Below, in pieces: positions 48,178 to 57,403 of a stretch of 64,000 nucleotides of DNA (position 1 is the stretch's first letter; each line of letters opens with the position of its first letter). The stretch spans positions 4,706 to 68,705 of the forward strand of contig JAGVYP010000066.1 of the NCBI GenBank assembly GCA_018303205.1, in the 5' to 3' direction. The notes beneath the pieces were generated by a model that was given only the letters and a program-made list of their open reading frames with translations, had not been told where the DNA came from and searched no databases. Made by a program: the position numbers and the translations under genes. This DNA is from Candidatus Woesearchaeota archaeon. Its GTDB lineage: Archaea; Nanobdellota; Nanobdellia; Woesearchaeales; JAGWAF01.

Positions 48178-49386
48178 ATGTCACAATCCTGGATTATCAA
48201 ATACGAACCCAAAACAACTGAAGACATTGCCGGACAAGAGGACGCGTTACTCTCTCTCGATATTTTTATCAAAAATTATAAAACTCAAAAAAAGAAAGCA
48301 GCTTTTCTCTATGGCCCTAGTGGTTGTGGTAAAACCATTCTTGCAAAAGTACTAGCAAAAAAACATAATCTTGAACTCATTGAAGTGAATGCTTCTGATT
48401 ACAGAACAAAAGATCAGATCCAAGAAAAAGTGGGTAATGCAATCAAACAACAATCACTTTTTTCAACAGGAAAACTCATTCTGATAGATGAAATTGATGG
48501 TTTAAGCGGTGTAAAGGACAGAGGAGCACTTACTGCTCTTGCAGATCTCATGAGTACCTCTTCCTTTCCTATTCTTTGTACAGCCTTTGATCCTTATGAT
48601 CAAAAATTTTCAGGTTTTCGCGGAAAAACACAACTCATTGCGTGCAAAGAACTTTCCCACACAGATATTGCAAAAGTTTTAGAAACCCTTTGCAAAAAAG
48701 AAAACATTTCTTATGAAGATCTTGCCTTGAAAGGCCTCGCCAGAAGAAGTGGGGGAGACCTCAGAGCAGCAATCAATGATCTGCAAGGCTTAGCAATGCA
48801 AGGAACTATTACTACAAAACACTTAGAAGATCTTGATGCACGCTATCACATCGAATCCATGCCTCAAGCTCTGATCAAAGTATTCAAAAACAAAGACCCT
48901 CACATCGCTTTACAAGCCTTTGAATATGTTCAAGAAGACATTGACCAACAATTCCTCTGGATAGATGAAAACCTTCCACAAGAATATCAGGGCAAGGCTC
49001 TTGCTGAAGCCTATACCTCTTTGAGCAGAGCAGATGTCTTCAGAGGAAGAATTAGCAGGTGGCAGCACTGGCACTTCTTGACCTCTATCAATGCACTGAT
49101 TACTGCAGGAGTTGCAGCTGCAAAAGAAGAAAAACCCAAATCATTTACACCCTACAAACCAACTATGCGATTATTAAAAATCTGGCAAGCCAACATGAAA
49201 TATCAGAAAAGAAAAGCCATAGCGAAGAAAATTGCAGAGTATACCCATTGCTCACCTTATGATGCACTTCAAAGTACACTTCCTTTTTTTACAGCAATAT
49301 TTAAAAACTACAATCCAGAACAAAAGAAAAAAATGATGGAACTCCTTGATTTTGATGAAGATGAAAAAAACTGGTTAGAACAATGA
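48178..49386 (+). CDS. rfcL: replication factor C large subunit
   Basis: WIIKYEP, GPSGCGKT, EVNASD, IDEIDG, GDLRAAINDLQ, WIDEN. Confidence 0.93.
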   Translation: MSQSWIIKYEPKTTEDIAGQEDALLSLDIFIKNYKTQKKKAAFLYGPSGCGKTILAKVLAKKHNLELIEVNASDYRTKDQIQEKVGNAIKQQSLFSTGKLILIDEIDGLSGVKDRGALTALADLMSTSSFPILCTAFDPYDQKFSGFRGKTQLIACKELSHTDIAKVLETLCKKENISYEDLALKGLARRSGGDLRAAINDLQGLAMQGTITTKHLEDLDARYHIESMPQALIKVFKNKDPHIALQAFEYVQEDIDQQFLWIDENLPQEYQGKALAEAYTSLSRADVFRGRISRWQHWHFLTSINALITAGVAAAKEEKPKSFTPYKPTMRLLKIWQANMKYQKRKAIAKKIAEYTHCSPYDALQSTLPFFTAIFKNYNPEQKKKMMELLDFDEDEKNWLEQ

Positions 49387-50138
49387 TAGAACCACTCTTC
49401 TTTACACTCATCAGTGTTATTCTCATAAGCCTCGTCTCTTTTATCGGTATCTCAGCTTTTTTTCTGAAGGCATTCCATTCAGAAGAACTCACTCATTTTT
49501 TTGTCAGCTTTGCAGCAGGAGCATTGCTTGCAGATGTCTTTATTCACATTCTTCCAGAAATTGTTGAAGAAACAGGATTCACACTTTGGATTTCCATTGC
49601 TCTGCTCCTTGGAATTTTAATTTTTTTTATTCTTGAAAAATTCTTGTATTGGCACCACTGCCATGCTCAAGGTAATCATGCACAATGCCATCCTAAACCT
49701 TTTGCGTATATGAACCTTGTCGCAGATGGCTTGCATAATTTTATTGATGGCCTTGTTATTGGAGGCAGTTATCTCATCAGTGCACCTGTAGGTGTTGCTA
49801 CAACAGTTGCTGTTATCATGCATGAAATTCCGCAAGAAATAGGGGATTTTGCTGTGCTTCTCAAAGCAGGTTTTTCAAGAAAAAAAGCACTACTTTTTAA
49901 TTTTCTCTCTGCAGTTACCGCTATTTTTGGCGGCCTTCTCGCTATTCTCATTGGGTTCCAATCAACACTCTTTTCTGCAGGTATTCTTGCAGTTACCGCC
50001 GGCTGCTTTATGTACATTGCATTAGCAGACCTTATCCCAGAACTCCACAAAGAACCTTCACATGGAAAAAGCACACTGCATTTTTTCGGCATTCTCCTAG
50101 GAATGGCAGTAATGTTCCTCCTCTTATTTTTTGAGTAA
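49383..50138 (+). CDS. ZIP family metal transporter
   Basis: SFAAGALL, HNFIDG, HEIPQE. Confidence 0.93.
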   Translation: MIEPLFFTLISVILISLVSFIGISAFFLKAFHSEELTHFFVSFAAGALLADVFIHILPEIVEETGFTLWISIALLLGILIFFILEKFLYWHHCHAQGNHAQCHPKPFAYMNLVADGLHNFIDGLVIGGSYLISAPVGVATTVAVIMHEIPQEIGDFAVLLKAGFSRKKALLFNFLSAVTAIFGGLLAILIGFQSTLFSAGILAVTAGCFMYIALADLIPELHKEPSHGKSTLHFFGILLGMAVMFLLLFFE

Positions 50139-50264
50139 AAAAGTTTTTCATGTTTCTCTTTATTTTCGTTTGAACTTTTTTTTGACTTTCTTCTTCTTTT
50201 AGCTTTTTTAATGAAAAACGATAAAAATAAAACAGTATTTCCTTCATAAAAATTTGTTAGATAT

Positions 50265-50687
50265 TCAAGAGTTCTCTTTTGCTAATCTTGCAGCAGTCGT
50301 TGTTTCATGATAAATTCTCAAACAGGTTATCTTTCCTTGAGCGATATCAAAGCGATTCACACCTCGTAACTCAAATGTAAACGGCTTTTTTACCGTGCTA
50401 TCCCCTACCAGAACTCCTGCACGATAGGTCAAGCTTGCTTTCCACTCTGCCAAAATGATTTTTTTATTATCCATTTCTTTCTCCATGATATTTATAACTT
50501 GAAAAGAACACTGAGAAATTCTCTTCTTAAAATCATTATTATACTCTTTCACTCCTTTTCTTCCTTTATACATGGGAAAATGCACGTTGTAAATCTCAAT
50601 ATCATTATCAAAAATTTCAAAGAATATTTTTTCATCACTTGTTTCTCTTGCTTTGAAATATTTTTCAATCAGTGCAGTATGTTCCAT
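50265..50687 (-). CDS. SnoaL/NTF2-like protein
   Basis: Short alpha+beta pattern ending FELRGVNRFDIAQGKITCLRIY. Confidence 0.75.
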   Translation of the reverse strand: MEHTALIEKYFKARETSDEKIFFEIFDNDIEIYNVHFPMYKGRKGVKEYNNDFKKRISQCSFQVINIMEKEMDNKKIILAEWKASLTYRAGVLVGDSTVKKPFTFELRGVNRFDIAQGKITCLRIYHETTTAARLAKENS

Positions 50688-50695
50688 ACTACCAC

Positions 50696-50708
50696 TTTAC
50701 TAAGTAAA
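50696..50708. promoter_or_regulatory. putative HxlR-type operator in divergent promoter
   Basis: Palindrome TTTACT-A-AGTAAA adjacent to TATATAAA. Confidence 0.45.
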
Positions 50709-50740
50709 CTATATAAAGACTAAGTATCTCAGAGTAAAGC

Positions 50741-51085
50741 ATGACTTATCAGTGGACAAAACAAAGCATGGATTATCGTCAGTATACCTGTCCCATCCAT
50801 AAAACAACTTTGCTTGTTGGAGATCGATGGACTCTTTTTCTGATCAGAGAATTTATTTATGAAAACGAAGAGCAAGGCTTTAATCAGCTTCTTCGTGCTT
50901 TGAAACCTATTAGTTCCAGAACGCTCTCTAAAAAATTAAAACAGTTAGTAGATCATGATATTATCAAAAAAAAGATTACTAAAGAAAAACCTCTTCAAGT
51001 AAAATACCATATCACCAAAAAAGGTAGAGCACTCAAAAAAGCATTAGACAGTATGGGTGTTTGGTATAAGAAATATCATACGTAA
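50741..51085 (+). CDS. HxlR family transcriptional regulator
   Basis: CPI..GDRWT..ISSRTLSKKLK..PLQVKYHITKKG. Confidence 0.92.
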   Translation: MTYQWTKQSMDYRQYTCPIHKTTLLVGDRWTLFLIREFIYENEEQGFNQLLRALKPISSRTLSKKLKQLVDHDIIKKKITKEKPLQVKYHITKKGRALKKALDSMGVWYKKYHT

Positions 51086-51166
51086 TCATCTCTTTTGTTT
51101 TTTTCGTTATCGTAAAAAAGATTATAAGAAGATAAGGACATAAAAAAAGATGAATGAAAAATAGGC

Positions 51167-51880
51167 TTAGTGCCCTCCTAAATACAAATGTTCTACTTCT
51201 TTATCATGTAACAGTTCTTCACCTGTTCCTTCCAAACGATTTCTTCCCAACTCTAAAACATAAGCTCTGTCAGAAAGCTTTAATGCCATACGAGCGTTTT
51301 GTTCTACCATGAGGATAGCAAGTCTTGTTTCTTTATTGATCTCCTTCACTTTTTCAAAAATAAGCTTTTTCATCTTCGGACTTAAACCAAGCGTTGGTTC
51401 GTCCATCAAAAGAAGTTTTGGCTTGATTAACAACGCTCTTCCCAGAGCAAGCATCTGCTGTTCTCCACCACTCAAAAGGCCTGCTTTTTGCTTTTTTTTG
51501 TCTGCTAACACAGGAAATTGTGAGTACACTTCTTTTATCCTTTTATCCAAATCCTTTTTCAAAATAAAACCAAGAAGTTCTAAATTTTCTTCTACCCTTA
51601 AACTTGGAAATACTGATCTTCCTTGAGGTACAAAACTTATTCCTTCTTTTACCAAATGATGTGATGCAATAGTACTGATTTCTTTCCCTTGTAAAAAAAT
51701 ATTTCCCTCTTTTCTTGGGACAAGATTTGCTATTGCTTTCAAACAAGTACTCTTTCCCGCTCCATTAGGCCCAATAATAGAAACGATCTCTCCCTCTTTT
51801 ACATGCATATTGACCTGATGCAAGATTTGTGCCTGATCATACCACGCGTTAAGATTTTTTATGGTTAACAGATTACTCAT
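51167..51880 (-). CDS. livF: branched-chain amino acid ABC ATPase
   Basis: GPNGAGKS, LSGGEQQMLA, DEPTLGLSP, VEQN. Confidence 0.92.
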   Translation of the reverse strand: MSNLLTIKNLNAWYDQAQILHQVNMHVKEGEIVSIIGPNGAGKSTCLKAIANLVPRKEGNIFLQGKEISTIASHHLVKEGISFVPQGRSVFPSLRVEENLELLGFILKKDLDKRIKEVYSQFPVLADKKKQKAGLLSGGEQQMLALGRALLIKPKLLLMDEPTLGLSPKMKKLIFEKVKEINKETRLAILMVEQNARMALKLSDRAYVLELGRNRLEGTGEELLHDKEVEHLYLGGH

Positions 51881-52332
51881 AATTCTTCCTCAATAAGACT
51901 TTTTATCATTACTATCTCATTCTTGCCATCACTTCTCAGATGAGAGAGTACTCCTCCTTCTTGGTATCCTCTCTGCTTGTTTCTTGTTCGTGCATTTTGA
52001 TTTTGTTCTGCACAGCTTGTTATCACTTTTTGAAATCCTAACTGTTTGCAATAAGACTCTACAGTCATCATTAATTTCGTATCAAAACCCTCATGTTCTT
52101 CTCCTCTCATTAAAAAAGGCTCATGAAGATACGGAAGAAACAACACGCTTCTTTTTTCAAGTAGGAGATATCCTCGAGGTGTCTGATCTTCCAGAGCAAT
52201 AAAAATCTCTTCCTTGTTTATCTTTTCTGTAAAAAATCTCTCTGCCATAGGCTGGAGAGGATAATATTCCTGATACAACTGTTGCAAAAAAACAAGATCT
52301 GCTTCTGTTGCACTTCTCACCCATCGTCTCAT
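51877..52332 (-). CDS. GNAT family acetyltransferase-like protein
   Basis: VRSATEADL, GFDTKLM, NQNA...RGY. Confidence 0.75.
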   Translation of the reverse strand: MRRWVRSATEADLVFLQQLYQEYYPLQPMAERFFTEKINKEEIFIALEDQTPRGYLLLEKRSVLFLPYLHEPFLMRGEEHEGFDTKLMMTVESYCKQLGFQKVITSCAEQNQNARTRNKQRGYQEGGVLSHLRSDGKNEIVMIKSLIEEEL

Positions 52333-53084
52333 ACATCTCCTCCTAAGTACGCGTCAATAACACGCTTGTTCTTTCTTATTTCCCCAGGCTTTCCTATTGC
52401 AATTTCTTCACCATAATCAAGCACAATAATCTTGTCTGCAATGTTCATCACAAATTCCATATCATGCTCAATAAAAAGAATTGTTGTACCCTTCTTTTTT
52501 AATTCGAGAAGAAGCTCTCTTATTTTTTTTAGCATGCTTGGATTTACACCTGCTGCAGGTTCATCCAACATCAGCAATACAGGTTCTTTGTACATTGCAC
52601 GTGCTATCTCCAAGAGCTTTTGTTGTCCATAACTCAGGTTTCCTGCTTTTTCGTTCTGTAGTTTCTTTAACCCAACTCTTTCTAATATTTTTAATGCCTC
52701 TTCTCTATTCATCCTTTCTTGTTCTCTCATTTTTTTATTTTTCAAGAAAACATGATACACTTTTTCATACACGTTAGGAGATGCTATCAACATATTTTCC
52801 ATCACACTCATCTTCGGAAATAAGCGTATCGTTTGGAACGTTCTTGTTATACCTTGTTGTGCTCTCTGATGAGGAAGCAAGAAAGTGATATCTCTTCCTT
52901 TCCACAGGATCCTTCCTTGTTCTTGTTTCATAAATCCCGTAATTACATTAAAAACGGTTGTCTTCCCAGCCCCATTCGGTCCTATCAAAGCTGTGATGCT
53001 TTTTTCTTCTACTTGAAAACTACAATTCTTAACAGCAATAACTCCTCCAAACGATTTATGGAGTCCCTCAACTTGCAAGATCAT
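52329..53084 (-). CDS. livG: branched-chain amino acid ABC ATPase
   Basis: GPNGAGKT, RTFQ, LSYGQQK, DEPAAG, EHDM. Confidence 0.92.
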   Translation of the reverse strand: MILQVEGLHKSFGGVIAVKNCSFQVEEKSITALIGPNGAGKTTVFNVITGFMKQEQGRILWKGRDITFLLPHQRAQQGITRTFQTIRLFPKMSVMENMLIASPNVYEKVYHVFLKNKKMREQERMNREEALKILERVGLKKLQNEKAGNLSYGQQKLLEIARAMYKEPVLLMLDEPAAGVNPSMLKKIRELLLELKKKGTTILFIEHDMEFVMNIADKIIVLDYGEEIAIGKPGEIRKNKRVIDAYLGGDV

Positions 53085-53973
53085 GATTTCCTCTCCTCTT
53101 TTCACCTAGCAATCCTTCTCTTTTATAGAGCATCAGCACAACTAAGATGACACCGTATAATAAAAATTTTATACCTGCTTGCATCTCTATAGAAACAGGA
53201 AGCCATTCTTGCACGACCATTTTGAAAAGTTCAGGAAAAATGATCAACAGCACAGCACCCAGAACACTTCCTGCAATGCTTCCCAATCCTCCCAGCACAA
53301 CCATGCACACGATAATGATACTTTCCATAAAACCAAAAGAATTAGGCTCAATATACGTAATATAATGCGCAAATAAACTTCCAGCGATTCCTGCAAAACA
53401 TGCTCCTAGAGAAACCGCAATAACTTTGTACTGGAAAACATTTTTTCCTAATGAGGAAACAGCTAATTCATCCTCGCGTATTCCACGCAATACTCTACCA
53501 AAAGGACTCTGTGCTATACACCACAGCAAAAAAATACAGAGCACAGCAATGATCAGGTATAAAACAAAATACTGAAGTTGCGTTTTTATAACTATACCAA
53601 AAAAAGAAGGACGAGGAATACCTACCAAGCCTAAAGCTCCTCTGGTAAGATCTCCGCCATTTTTTAAAAGAATACGAACAATTTCTCCAAAACCCAATGT
53701 TGCAATAGCCAAATAATCTCCCCTTAATCGTAAACTACTTCCTCCAATGACCAAACCAAAGAGTGCAGCTACACATCCTCCACTGATCATGCTTATCCAA
53801 AAAGAAAAACCTGCTAAAGACAGCAATGCAGACGTGTACGCTCCCAAGGCAAAAAAAGCAGCATGACCCAAATTAAGCAGTCCTGTAAAACCCAAAATCA
53901 TGTTCAAACTTACCGCGAGAATGCTATACATACAGATCATAATCGCAATGCTCAAAAAATAATCCGTGATCAT
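53068..53973 (-). CDS. livM: branched-chain amino acid ABC permease
   Basis: LGHAAFF, RLRGDYLAIATLGFGEI, VLGGLGS. Confidence 0.92.
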   Translation of the reverse strand: MITDYFLSIAIMICMYSILAVSLNMILGFTGLLNLGHAAFFALGAYTSALLSLAGFSFWISMISGGCVAALFGLVIGGSSLRLRGDYLAIATLGFGEIVRILLKNGGDLTRGALGLVGIPRPSFFGIVIKTQLQYFVLYLIIAVLCIFLLWCIAQSPFGRVLRGIREDELAVSSLGKNVFQYKVIAVSLGACFAGIAGSLFAHYITYIEPNSFGFMESIIIVCMVVLGGLGSIAGSVLGAVLLIIFPELFKMVVQEWLPVSIEMQAGIKFLLYGVILVVLMLYKREGLLGEKRRGNHDLAS

Positions 53974-55040
53974 GCACGCACCTCTTCTTCTTTTTGTTGT
54001 CCAAAAAACCCAGAAGGCTTCAAGAGTAACATCAGTAATAAGATGACAAATGCTATCGCATCCTTATACCCACTCGGAATAAACCAGATACCTATATTTT
54101 CTGCAAAACCAATAAAGTACCCACCCAATACTGCGCCATAGATATTACCAATGCCTCCAATAACAGCAGCAGTAAACGCTTTTATCCCTGGAACAATACC
54201 CATGGTAGGATGCAAGTTTTGTTCAATCCCAATCAAGATGCCAGCAACAGCAGCCAATCCTGAACCTATCATAAAAACAAGAGAAATCACCTTATCAGGA
54301 TTAATACCTATTATTTTTGCAACATCCATATTATCAGTTACTGCACGCATGGCTTTTCCATACTTCGTGTACTTCAAAAAAAGATGCAAAAGAATCATGA
54401 TAATAATAGACGTGAGAATAATAAGGAGTTGATGAGGAGTTATACTTGCCCCAAATACTTCATAACTTTCTTGCGTTTTATACTCAAAACTTCGTATCTC
54501 ACCGCCAAACATTAGCAATGCAAGTGCTTGAAGAATAATAGAAAAACCAATCGCAGTAATCAAAGGAGTTAGCCTATCCTTACCACGCAATTTTTTATAT
54601 CCCACTTTTTCTATAACGAATCCTAATATTGCGCACACGATAATTGATATTAACGCACTGATCCAGAGCGGCAAAGCATGCACCAGAAGATACAAGAAAA
54701 AATACGAAATACTCTTAGCAACGACCAAAAGAATACCTGCAATGATCAGATACTGATACCACACTCTCTTTTTAAAAAAAGAATCAAAAGGAATATGATA
54801 CGCTAAAAAAAGAACAACAAGAATACTCATAAACCAGGAAAAAGGCACTGCAACCTGCATCGGAAGAGCGACAGAAGCAGCATACGCAGTATAAGCACCT
54901 ATCATAAAAATTTCACCATGAGCAAAATTAATGAATTTGAGAACACCATACACCATCGTATAGCCTAATGCAATCAACGCATAGATACCTCCAGCAAGAA
55001 TACTATTCAGAACAAGCTGTACAGCAATACTCAGGTCCAT
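53970..55040 (-). CDS. livH: branched-chain amino acid ABC permease
   Basis: ALGYTMVYG, INFAHGE, GKAMRA, AAVIGGIG. Confidence 0.92.
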   Translation of the reverse strand: MDLSIAVQLVLNSILAGGIYALIALGYTMVYGVLKFINFAHGEIFMIGAYTAYAASVALPMQVAVPFSWFMSILVVLFLAYHIPFDSFFKKRVWYQYLIIAGILLVVAKSISYFFLYLLVHALPLWISALISIIVCAILGFVIEKVGYKKLRGKDRLTPLITAIGFSIILQALALLMFGGEIRSFEYKTQESYEVFGASITPHQLLIILTSIIIMILLHLFLKYTKYGKAMRAVTDNMDVAKIIGINPDKVISLVFMIGSGLAAVAGILIGIEQNLHPTMGIVPGIKAFTAAVIGGIGNIYGAVLGGYFIGFAENIGIWFIPSGYKDAIAFVILLLMLLLKPSGFFGQQKEEEVRA

Positions 55041-55093
55041 AACCTGAAAAACTCTCCCAGTCTTTTAAGCTTTGCGGGAACAAAGATCTTATT

Positions 55094-55139
55094 AAGGTTG
55101 GCATCCTCAGGTCGAAGAGTAAACCTCCGTGACGACCTT
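55094..55139 (+). repeat. internally deleted copy (E) of the structured repeat element
   Basis: CGAAGAGTAAACCTCCGTGACGACCT matches the 3' end of copy B at 25 of 26 nt; AAGGTTGGCAT/GTGACGACCTT closing stem retained. Confidence 0.7.
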
Positions 55140-55294
55140 CTAAAGAGATAATAAATCAAAAAAATGAATAAAAAATGGATTCTGCCTCACTTTTTCATTA
55201 AGAGCGTGCATAACATAATCAAATTGTCCTCTCCGGCAGTGTAAAAAGCGTTCTGCTAAGAAAGCTTTATAAGAATCTTATATTCATAAATTGT

Positions 55295-56398
55295 ATGAAG
55301 CTATTCATGGTAGGTTATGTAGTCATACTCTTACTCTCAAATATCATTCTAGCTCAGGAGGAAAACGAGACTCTTGATTTTACTAAAGATAGAAACATTC
55401 TCCCACCCTCCCCTCCTGATGAGAATACGATCAATATCATTTTTGAAATTCGTGATGAAGCGGAAAATTTGCTTTCAAATACACACCTTATTTTTATCTT
55501 GACGAATACCCAAACTGATGAAACACTCAACCTTCTTCAATATACCGATACAGGAACAACTTTTCTGAACATAAAAAAAGGTATTTGGAAGGGTAAATTA
55601 GGAGTTGATGAAGCAATACATTTAGGAAGTGATTATTTTGCAAATATTTATCTGGATACAAATGAAAAAAGAGAGTATACTCCTCATCTTATTCATGTTG
55701 GAAATATTCTTGGAGAAGTTTATGATGAAAATAACCGGCTTGTCAAAGGAGCAAAAGTGAGTTCGCAATGTACTCAGTATTTAGTAGAAGATAGTGAAAC
55801 TGATGAGTTTGGAACATTTCTTCTTGAGTATCTTGCTCCAGGAGAATGTCGTATTGCTGCTTTGTATGATGATCGTATCGGGTTTAGTACCGTTATGATA
55901 ACGCCAAGTACTTTGACGTATGCAAAAATTATTCTTGATCAAAGAACCGTTCAAAATAATACAAACCTTTGGTTTATAGGGGCAGTAGTTATCATTTTCG
56001 TATTCTTTCTTTTTTACCAGTTCAATAAAAATAAAACAAAAAAAGATGATGTTGGGCAACAAAAAAATAAAAAAAGTATACAACTACAAAAAAAAGAAAA
56101 AGTTCAATTACCAAAAAAAGAAGAAAAAAATATTCAACAAGAAAAGAACGACATTGATCAAAAGCGTGTCAATGATATCCTTAACTCATTAAAAGCAAGA
56201 GAAAAGCAAATCGTCACGTTTCTTTTAGAAAATAACTACCAAGCTACTCAAGCAAAAATTATTTCCGGTACAGGAATTCCCAAAACTTCATTGATGAGAA
56301 CCTTAGATTCCCTTGTTATGAGAAATATTATTCAAGTTCAGAAGATACAAAAAGCAAAGAAAATAAGCCTTACTAATTGGTTTTTAGGGATGGAATAA
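55295..56398 (+). CDS. membrane-anchored protein: extracellular carboxypeptidase-regulatory-like domain, TM, cytoplasmic winged HTH
   Basis: Signal peptide, GEVYD...GAKV...TDEFGTF, TM, LKAREKQIV..TQAKI..TGIPKTSLMRTL..L. Confidence 0.8.
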   Translation: MKLFMVGYVVILLLSNIILAQEENETLDFTKDRNILPPSPPDENTINIIFEIRDEAENLLSNTHLIFILTNTQTDETLNLLQYTDTGTTFLNIKKGIWKGKLGVDEAIHLGSDYFANIYLDTNEKREYTPHLIHVGNILGEVYDENNRLVKGAKVSSQCTQYLVEDSETDEFGTFLLEYLAPGECRIAALYDDRIGFSTVMITPSTLTYAKIILDQRTVQNNTNLWFIGAVVIIFVFFLFYQFNKNKTKKDDVGQQKNKKSIQLQKKEKVQLPKKEEKNIQQEKNDIDQKRVNDILNSLKAREKQIVTFLLENNYQATQAKIISGTGIPKTSLMRTLDSLVMRNIIQVQKIQKAKKISLTNWFLGME

Positions 56399-56419
56399 GT
56401 TAGTCAAATCATAATACCA

Positions 56420-57151
56420 TCATTTTTTCTTTTCAGACAGAAGTCTTACACCCAGAATATACGCATAAGCAATAAGCAAATAAATATACGTAACAACTAT
56501 ATTTATACCGCCAAATATTTTTAACATATTCTCAGATGGAGGATAAAAGGGAGGACTGTTCATGGTTTCAGTGCTCATTAAAAACATAAGGATCGTGTTC
56601 ATACCGATTATAATATACGAAATAATCAATAAAGTTCCCATAGTTTTCGCATGCTTAAGCTTATCCATCTTGCGTAAACCCATTCCAAAAATGATCATGG
56701 CTATAGCAAAAAGTAAATTTAACGTCATGCTAAATATCACGAAAGTATGGAGAGTTCCAAGAGGGATGCCTAAAATGTGAATAATTTCTGTTTCGCTTAC
56801 CTGTTGCAAAATGGTAAATTGAATTAAAGTATAGCACAATTGAAGTAAAAACAAAATTATCACTATCATAGGTATTTTCGAAAATATTTTATCTTTTAGT
56901 TTTACAAATATTTCTTTAAAACCAAGAATAAACAAAGGAAAAGCTATTAAGAAAATAGGGTATGAGAAAAAAGCTACACTGCCATAAATAACCATTTCAA
57001 ATTCTCCATATAACCCTGGAATAGGAAACCATTGAGATCCGTCAAGAAGAGGTTGAAGCAACCACAAGATTGTTGACAGAACAGGACTAAGTAAAGTACA
57101 GATAACTGCTAAAATTCCTGCAATTTTTGAATATTTAACGGGAAGATTCAT
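56420..57151 (-). CDS. hypothetical membrane protein
   Basis: About 6 TM segments; start uncertain. Confidence 0.7.
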   Translation of the reverse strand: MNLPVKYSKIAGILAVICTLLSPVLSTILWLLQPLLDGSQWFPIPGLYGEFEMVIYGSVAFFSYPIFLIAFPLFILGFKEIFVKLKDKIFSKIPMIVIILFLLQLCYTLIQFTILQQVSETEIIHILGIPLGTLHTFVIFSMTLNLLFAIAMIIFGMGLRKMDKLKHAKTMGTLLIISYIIIGMNTILMFLMSTETMNSPPFYPPSENMLKIFGGINIVVTYIYLLIAYAYILGVRLLSEKKK

Positions 57152-57288
57152 ATATTTTGTTCTGTTAGGAAGAGACTTATATACTTTACTATACAATAAT
57201 AAAATTAAGTCAAGTGGGAATAGAATTTGAGCAATAACTTCGGTTTTCACATCCCTATAAACCTTGATTTAACCAAGAAATAAGCTTA

Positions 57289-57331
57289 TGGACCTATCTG
57301 GACCTTCAAGGTCCGCTTAACCTATATATAA
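57289..57331 (+). promoter_or_regulatory. putative operator and TATA box of surface-protein cluster
   Basis: TGGACCT twice at 10-nt spacing, palindrome GGACCTT-C-AAGGTCC (57300-57314), then TATATATAA. Confidence 0.55.
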
Positions 57332-57403
57332 ACGTCCACATTAACAGTTGTAGCATCAGCAAAGATGCAAAGAAGATGCGAAGAAATTTGGAGGAAAAAT
57401 AAC

